A program made the position numbers and the translations under genes. A model generated the notes under the pieces. That model made no database searches, was not told where the DNA came from, and saw only the letters and a list, made by a program, of their open reading frames with translations. Shown in pieces: positions 1 through 2,978 of a stretch of 2,978 nucleotides of DNA. Position 1 is the first letter of the stretch; every line of letters starts with the position of its first letter. Source of the stretch: a virus (Duplodnaviria > Heunggongvirae > Uroviricota > Caudoviricetes); the IMG/VR virus record IMGVR_UViG_2667527792_000007; one strand, 5' to 3'.

Positions 1-915
1 GTGGCGCAGCTTAATGGTGTGGGTGAGAATCACTGGAGCGCGGCAATTTTAAAACGTGCGCTGGCGAATGACTCGGCATGGCACCGTTTAAGTGAGAAAG
101 AGTTCGCCCATCTGCAAACGTTGTTACCCAAACCACCGGCACATCATCCGCATTATGCGTTTCGCTTTATCGATCTATTTGCCGGAATTGGCGGCATCCG
201 TCGCGGTTTTGAATCGATTGGTGGACAGTGCGTGTTTACCAGCGAATGGAACAAACATGCGGTACGCACTTATAAAGCCAACCATTATTGCGACCCGGCG
301 ACGCATCATTTTAATGAGGATATCCGCGACATCACCCTCAGCCATCAAGAAGGCGTGAGTGATGAGGCGGCGGCGGAACATATTCGTCAACACATTCCTG
401 AACACGATGTTTTACTGGCCGGTTTCCCTTGTCAGCCATTTTCGCTGGCTGGCGTATCGAAAAAGAACTCGCTCGGGCGGGCGCACGGTTTTGCCTGCGA
501 TACCCAGGGCACGCTGTTCTTTGATGTGGTGCGCATTATCGACGCGCGTCGTCCGGCGATGTTTGTGCTCGAAAACGTCAAAAACCTGAAAAGTCACGAC
601 CAGGGTAAAACGTTCCGCATCATCATGCAGACGCTGGACGAACTGGGCTATGACGTGGCTGATGCAGAAGATAACGGGCCGGACGATCCGAAAATCATCG
701 ACGGCAAACATTTTCTGCCGCAGCACCGTGAACGCATCGTGCTGGTGGGTTTTCGTCGCGATCTGAATCTGAAAGCCGATTTTACTCTGCGTGATATCAG
801 CAAATGTTTCCCTGCACAGCGAGTGACGCTGGCGCAGCTGCTGGACCCGATGGTCGAGGCGAAATATATCCTGACGAAAGTTTCCTGTAATGGAAGATGG
901 GAAATATGTCGATAA
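1..915 (+). CDS. dcm: DNA-cytosine methyltransferase Dcm, N-terminal/catalytic fragment; Dcm homology ends at ~nt 876, followed by a 12-codon foreign tail ([12 protein letters not shown]) and TAA at 913-915. Probably a non-functional, pseudogene-like remnant.
   Basis: ORF 1..915 translation closely matches E. coli Dcm as recalled. Motif [11 protein letters not shown] at nt 166-195, motif [10 protein letters not shown] with catalytic Cys codon TGT at 430-432, motif VI ENV at 571-579. The GTG at nt 1 encodes an internal Val (..[13 protein letters not shown]..), so the true start lies upstream of the window. The remaining ~150-160 C-terminal residues of Dcm (472 aa as recalled) are absent. Confidence 0.9.
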   Translation: MAQLNGVGENHWSAAILKRALANDSAWHRLSEKEFAHLQTLLPKPPAHHPHYAFRFIDLFAGIGGIRRGFESIGGQCVFTSEWNKHAVRTYKANHYCDPATHHFNEDIRDITLSHQEGVSDEAAAEHIRQHIPEHDVLLAGFPCQPFSLAGVSKKNSLGRAHGFACDTQGTLFFDVVRIIDARRPAMFVLENVKNLKSHDQGKTFRIIMQTLDELGYDVADAEDNGPDDPKIIDGKHFLPQHRERIVLVGFRRDLNLKADFTLRDISKCFPAQRVTLAQLLDPMVEAKYILTKVSCNGRWEICR

Positions 916-982
916 ATGGGCAATACGAACGACGGCAATGATTGCCAGAGAACTTGGTTAACAGAACAACAAAGCTGCCTGA
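878..982 (+). pseudogene. ral: 3' remnant of lambda ral (restriction alleviation protein), lacking start and N-terminal ~33 codons; in-frame TAA at 959-961 before the expected stop at 980-982
   Basis: Frame 2 from nt 881 reads [32 protein letters not shown], matching the C-terminus of lambda Ral as recalled (..[36 protein letters not shown], 66 aa). Upstream in this frame there is a stop at 872-874 and no Ral N-terminus. Position relative to ea10 matches lambda gene order. Confidence 0.6.
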
Positions 983-1026
983 TAGTGGCCTTTATTTTTG
1001 GCATAAATAACAGAATAAACACTGCA

Positions 1027-1058
1027 CTGTGTATTCATTCCAACGAGTGAATACACGG
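1027..1058. repeat. Inverted repeat in the ral-ea10 spacer: 9-bp perfect arms GTGTATTCA (1029-1037) and TGAATACAC (1048-1056), 10-nt loop; function unknown
   Basis: Read directly from the sequence. No T-run follows on the + strand, so it is not a classical intrinsic terminator in that direction. Confidence 0.5.
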
Positions 1059-1118
1059 AGCAATGTCGCTCGTAACTAAACAGGAGCCGACTTGTTCTGA
1101 TTATTGGAAATCTTCTTT

Positions 1119-1145
1119 GCCCTCCAGTGTGAGGGCGATTTTTTA
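1119..1145 (+). terminator. Intrinsic terminator-like hairpin upstream of ea10 (lambda tL2-cluster-like): GCCCTC-CAGTGT-GAGGGC followed by GATTTTTTAT
   Basis: Perfect 6-bp GC-rich stem (1119-1124 / 1131-1136), 6-nt loop, then a T6 run at 1139-1144. Location matches the terminator cluster between ral and ea10 as recalled. Confidence 0.6.
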
Positions 1146-1150
1146 TCTAT

Positions 1151-1155
1151 GAGGA
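1151..1155 (+). promoter_or_regulatory. Shine-Dalgarno (GAGGA) for ea10
   Basis: GAGGA lies 9 nt upstream of the ATG at 1165. Confidence 0.6.
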
Positions 1156-1164
1156 TATGAACAG

Positions 1165-1533
1165 ATGTCAAACATCAAAAAATACATCATTGATTACGAC
1201 TGGAAAGCATCAATAGAAATTGAAATCGACCATGACGTAATGACAGAGGAAAAACTTCACCAGATTAATAATTTCTGGTCAGACTCTGAATACCGACTCA
1301 ATAAACACGGCTCTGTATTAAATGCTGTATTAATCATGCTGGCGCAACATGCTCTGCTTATAGCAATTTCAAGCGACTTAAATGCATATGGTGTTGTGTG
1401 TGAGTTCGACTGGAATGATGGAAATGGTCAGGAAGGATGGCCTCCAATGGATGGTAGCGAAGGAATAAGAATTACCGATATCGATACATCAGGAATATTT
1501 GATTCAGATGATATGACTATCAAAGCCGCCTGA
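1165..1533 (+). CDS. ea10: Lambda Ea10 protein (early-left operon protein, annotated ssb-like; function poorly defined), 122 aa
   Basis: ORF 1165..1533 (MSNIKKYIIDYDWKASIEIEIDHD...MTIKAA) matches lambda Ea10 as recalled in length and sequence. SD GAGGA upstream; the 72-nt spacer to cIII matches lambda. Confidence 0.9.
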   Translation: MSNIKKYIIDYDWKASIEIEIDHDVMTEEKLHQINNFWSDSEYRLNKHGSVLNAVLIMLAQHALLIAISSDLNAYGVVCEFDWNDGNGQEGWPPMDGSEGIRITDIDTSGIFDSDDMTIKAA

Positions 1534-1556
1534 GCGCGGCGTTACCGCATACCAAT

Positions 1557-1580
1557 AACGCTTCACTCGAGGCGTTTTTC
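1557..1580 (+). terminator. Intrinsic terminator-like hairpin between ea10 and cIII (lambda tL3-like)
   Basis: 7-bp stem ACGCUUC (1558-1564) / GAGGCGU (1569-1575) with one G-U pair, 4-nt loop ACUC, followed by UUUU (1576-1579). Confidence 0.5.
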
Positions 1581-1593
1581 GTTATGTATAAAT

Positions 1594-1599
1594 AAGGAG
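1594..1599 (+). promoter_or_regulatory. Shine-Dalgarno (AAGGAG) of the cIII translation initiation region
   Basis: AAGGAG lies 6 nt upstream of the cIII ATG at 1606. Confidence 0.65.
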
Positions 1600-1605
1600 C
1601 ACACC

Positions 1606-1770
1606 ATGCAATATGCCATTGCAGGGTGGCCTGTTGCTGGCTGCCCTTCCGAATCTTTACTTGAACGAATCACCCGTAAATTACGTGACGGATGGAAACG
1701 CCTTATCGACATACTTAATCAGCCAGGAGTCCCAAAAAATGGATCAAACACTTATGGCTATCCAGACTAA
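1606..1770 (+). CDS. cIII: Lambda CIII, 54 aa (inhibitor of host FtsH/HflB protease, stabilises CII)
   Basis: Not in the ORF track because it is short. Manual translation from ATG 1606 gives [54 protein letters not shown], stop TAA 1768-1770, matching lambda CIII as recalled. Strong SD upstream. Confidence 0.9.
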   Translation: MQYAIAGWPVAGCPSESLLERITRKLRDGWKRLIDILNQPGVPKNGSNTYGYPD

Positions 1771-1882
1771 ATTCACTATCGCCACTTTTATTGGCGATGA
1801 AAAGATGTTTCGTGAGGCCGTCGACGCTTATAAAAAATGGATATTAATACTGAAACTGAGATCAAGCAAAAGCATTCACTAA
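1739..1882 (+). CDS. kil: Lambda Kil, 47 aa (host-killing protein that blocks FtsZ-dependent cell division)
   Basis: ATG at 1739 in the frame of ORF 1613..1882 gives [54 protein letters not shown] at 1725-1729. Overlaps cIII by 32 nt and gam by 46 nt, as in lambda. Confidence 0.85.
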   Translation: MDQTLMAIQTKFTIATFIGDEKMFREAVDAYKKWILILKLRSSKSIH

Positions 1883-2253
1883 CCCCCTTTCCTGTTTTCC
1901 TAATCAGCCCGGCATTTCGCGGGCGATATTTTCACAGCTATTTCAGGAGTTCAGCCATGAACGCTTATTACATTCAGGATCGTCTTGAGGCTCAGAGCTG
2001 GACGCGTCACTACCAGCAGCTCGCCCGTGAAGAGAAAGAGGCAGAACTGGCAGACGACATGGAAAAAAGCCTGCCCCAGCACCTGTTTGAATCGCTATGC
2101 ATCGATCATTTGCAACGCCACGGGGCCAGCAAAAAAGCCATTACCCGTGCGTTTGATGACGATGTTGAGTTTCAGGAGCGCATGGCAGAACACATCCGGT
2201 ACATGGTTGAAACCATTGCTCACCACCAGGTTGATATTGATTCAGAGGTATAA
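1837..2253 (+). CDS. gam: Lambda Gam (RecBCD inhibitor); long form 138 aa from ATG 1837, short GamS form (98 aa) from internal ATG 1957
   Basis: ORF 1837..2253 ([15 protein letters not shown]...[15 protein letters not shown]...[10 protein letters not shown]) matches lambda Gam as recalled. Internal SD AGGAG at 1945-1949 precedes ATG 1957-1959. The 5-nt gap to bet matches lambda. Confidence 0.95.
   Translation: MDINTETEIKQKHSLTPFPVFLISPAFRGRYFHSYFRSSAMNAYYIQDRLEAQSWTRHYQQLAREEKEAELADDMEKSLPQHLFESLCIDHLQRHGASKKAITRAFDDDVEFQERMAEHIRYMVETIAHHQVDIDSEV
1945..1949 (+). promoter_or_regulatory. Internal Shine-Dalgarno (AGGAG) for the GamS start at 1957
   Basis: AGGAG lies 7 nt upstream of the in-frame ATG at 1957-1959 (MNAYYIQ...). 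Confidence 0.6.
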
Positions 2254-2258
2254 AACGG

Positions 2259-2978
2259 ATGAGTACAGCACTCGCAACGCTGGCTGGGAAGCTGGCTGAA
2301 CGTGTCGGCATGGATTCTGTCGACCCACAGGAACTGATCACCACTCTTCGCCAGACGGCATTTAAAGGTGATGCCAGCGATGCGCAGTTCATCGCATTGT
2401 TGATCGTCGCCAACCAGTACGGCCTTAATCCGTGGACGAAAGAAATTTACGCCTTCCCTGACAAGCAGAACGGCATCGTTCCGGTGGTGGGCGTTGATGG
2501 CTGGTCCCGTATCATCAATGAAAACCAGCAGTTTGATGGCATGGACTTTGAGCAGGACAATGAATCATGTACATGCCGGATTTACCGCAAGGACCGTAAT
2601 CATCCGATCTGCGTTACCGAGTGGATGGATGAATGCCGCCGCGAACCATTCAAAACCCGCGAAGGCAGAGAAATCACCGGACCGTGGCAGTCGCATCCCA
2701 AACGGATGTTACGGCATAAAGCCATGATTCAGTGTGCCCGTCTGGCCTTCGGATTTGCTGGTATCTATGACAAGGATGAAGCCGAGCGCATTGTCGAAAA
2801 TACTGCATACACTGCAGAACGTCAGCCGGAACGCGACATCACTCCGGTTAACGATGAAACCATGCAGGAGATTAACACTCTGCTGATCGCCCTGGATAAA
2901 ACATGGGATGACGACTTATTGCCGCTCTGTTCCCAGATATTTCGCCGCGACATTCGCGCATCCAGATCATTCTTATAG
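2259..2978 (+). CDS. bet: Lambda Bet (Red-beta single-strand annealing protein), C-terminally truncated: residues 1-235 lambda-like, then RSFL and TAG; 239 aa versus 261 aa in lambda
   Basis: ORF 2259..2978 (MSTALATLAGKLAERVGMDSVDPQELITTLRQ...QIFRRDIRAS) matches lambda Bet as recalled up to ..RDIRAS. Lambda continues SELTQAEAVKALGFLKQKAAEQKVAA, whereas the window continues RSFL then stop at 2976-2978. Confidence 0.9.
   Translation: MSTALATLAGKLAERVGMDSVDPQELITTLRQTAFKGDASDAQFIALLIVANQYGLNPWTKEIYAFPDKQNGIVPVVGVDGWSRIINENQQFDGMDFEQDNESCTCRIYRKDRNHPICVTEWMDECRREPFKTREGREITGPWQSHPKRMLRHKAMIQCARLAFGFAGIYDKDEAERIVENTAYTAERQPERDITPVNDETMQEINTLLIALDKTWDDDLLPLCSQIFRRDIRASRSFL

Noticed and set aside
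92-358. 88-aa ORF on the + strand, in an alternate frame within dcm
   Set aside because: Lies entirely inside the well-supported Dcm reading frame; no RBS or recognisable protein features.
175-405. 76-aa ORF on the - strand
   Set aside because: Antisense to the conserved dcm coding region; typical spurious ORF in GC-rich coding sequence.
359-589. 76-aa ORF on the + strand, Arg-rich, alternate frame within dcm
   Set aside because: Low-complexity, Arg-rich out-of-frame read of dcm; no support.
412-726. 104-aa ORF on the - strand
   Set aside because: Antisense to the dcm catalytic region; no independent evidence.
987-1002. GGCC followed by a T-rich run (TTTATTTTTGG) as a possible additional terminator
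   Set aside because: Only a 3-bp potential stem (GCC/GGC) precedes the T-tract; too weak to call without folding energetics or 3'-end mapping.
648-1022. 124-aa ORF on the - strand spanning the dcm/ral junction
   Set aside because: Mostly antisense to dcm; its start lies in the ral-ea10 spacer with no convincing RBS, and the product resembles nothing I recognise.
916-1050. 44-aa ORF on the + strand starting right after the truncated dcm stop (TAAATG)
   Set aside because: An alternate-frame read through the ral remnant and spacer; no SD, and the region is better explained as ral 3' end plus terminator spacer.
1613-1882. 89-aa ORF from the six-frame track
   Set aside because: Its N-terminal 42 codons are an out-of-frame read of cIII; the real gene is kil, starting at ATG 1739 with its own SD.
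1985-2299. 104-aa ORF on the + strand, alternate frame
   Set aside because: Embedded in gam in another frame; gam assignment is strong.
2141-2413. 90-aa ORF on the - strand
   Set aside because: Antisense to the gam/bet boundary; no support.
2494-2727. 77-aa ORF on the + strand, alternate frame
   Set aside because: Embedded in bet in another frame; bet assignment is strong.
2965-2968. GATC at the bet divergence point as evidence of a Sau3AI/BamHI cloning joint
   Set aside because: GATC is frequent by chance, and the left joint has no matching site; cannot distinguish engineered from natural rearrangement within this window.
1-2978. Possibility of a novel defence or anti-defence system, CRISPR array, toxin-antitoxin pair or integrative element with att/int
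   Set aside because: Every ORF of plausible size is accounted for by Dcm or by classical lambda pL-operon genes (ral, ea10, cIII, kil, gam, bet). No direct-repeat arrays, integrase, recombinase or unexplained conserved-looking ORFs. The unusual aspect is the chimeric architecture, not a new gene system.

Overview
This window is a chimera of host and phage lambda DNA, all on the + strand, and I see no novel defence system in it. Nt 1-~876 encode the N-terminal and catalytic part of an Escherichia-type DNA-cytosine methyltransferase (Dcm); the target-recognition domain and C-terminal motifs are missing. At ~nt 877-881 the sequence switches into an internal fragment of the lambda early-left (pL) operon: a 3' remnant of ral, an intergenic spacer with terminator-like hairpins, ea10, cIII, kil, gam and bet. 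Gene lengths, overlaps and spacers from ea10 to bet match lambda as I recall it. bet loses lambda identity at ~nt 2962 and stops four codons later at the window end. There is no integrase, att site, pL promoter, N gene or CRISPR array. All lambda and Dcm comparisons are from memory of the reference proteins, not from a database search, and need alignment to confirm.
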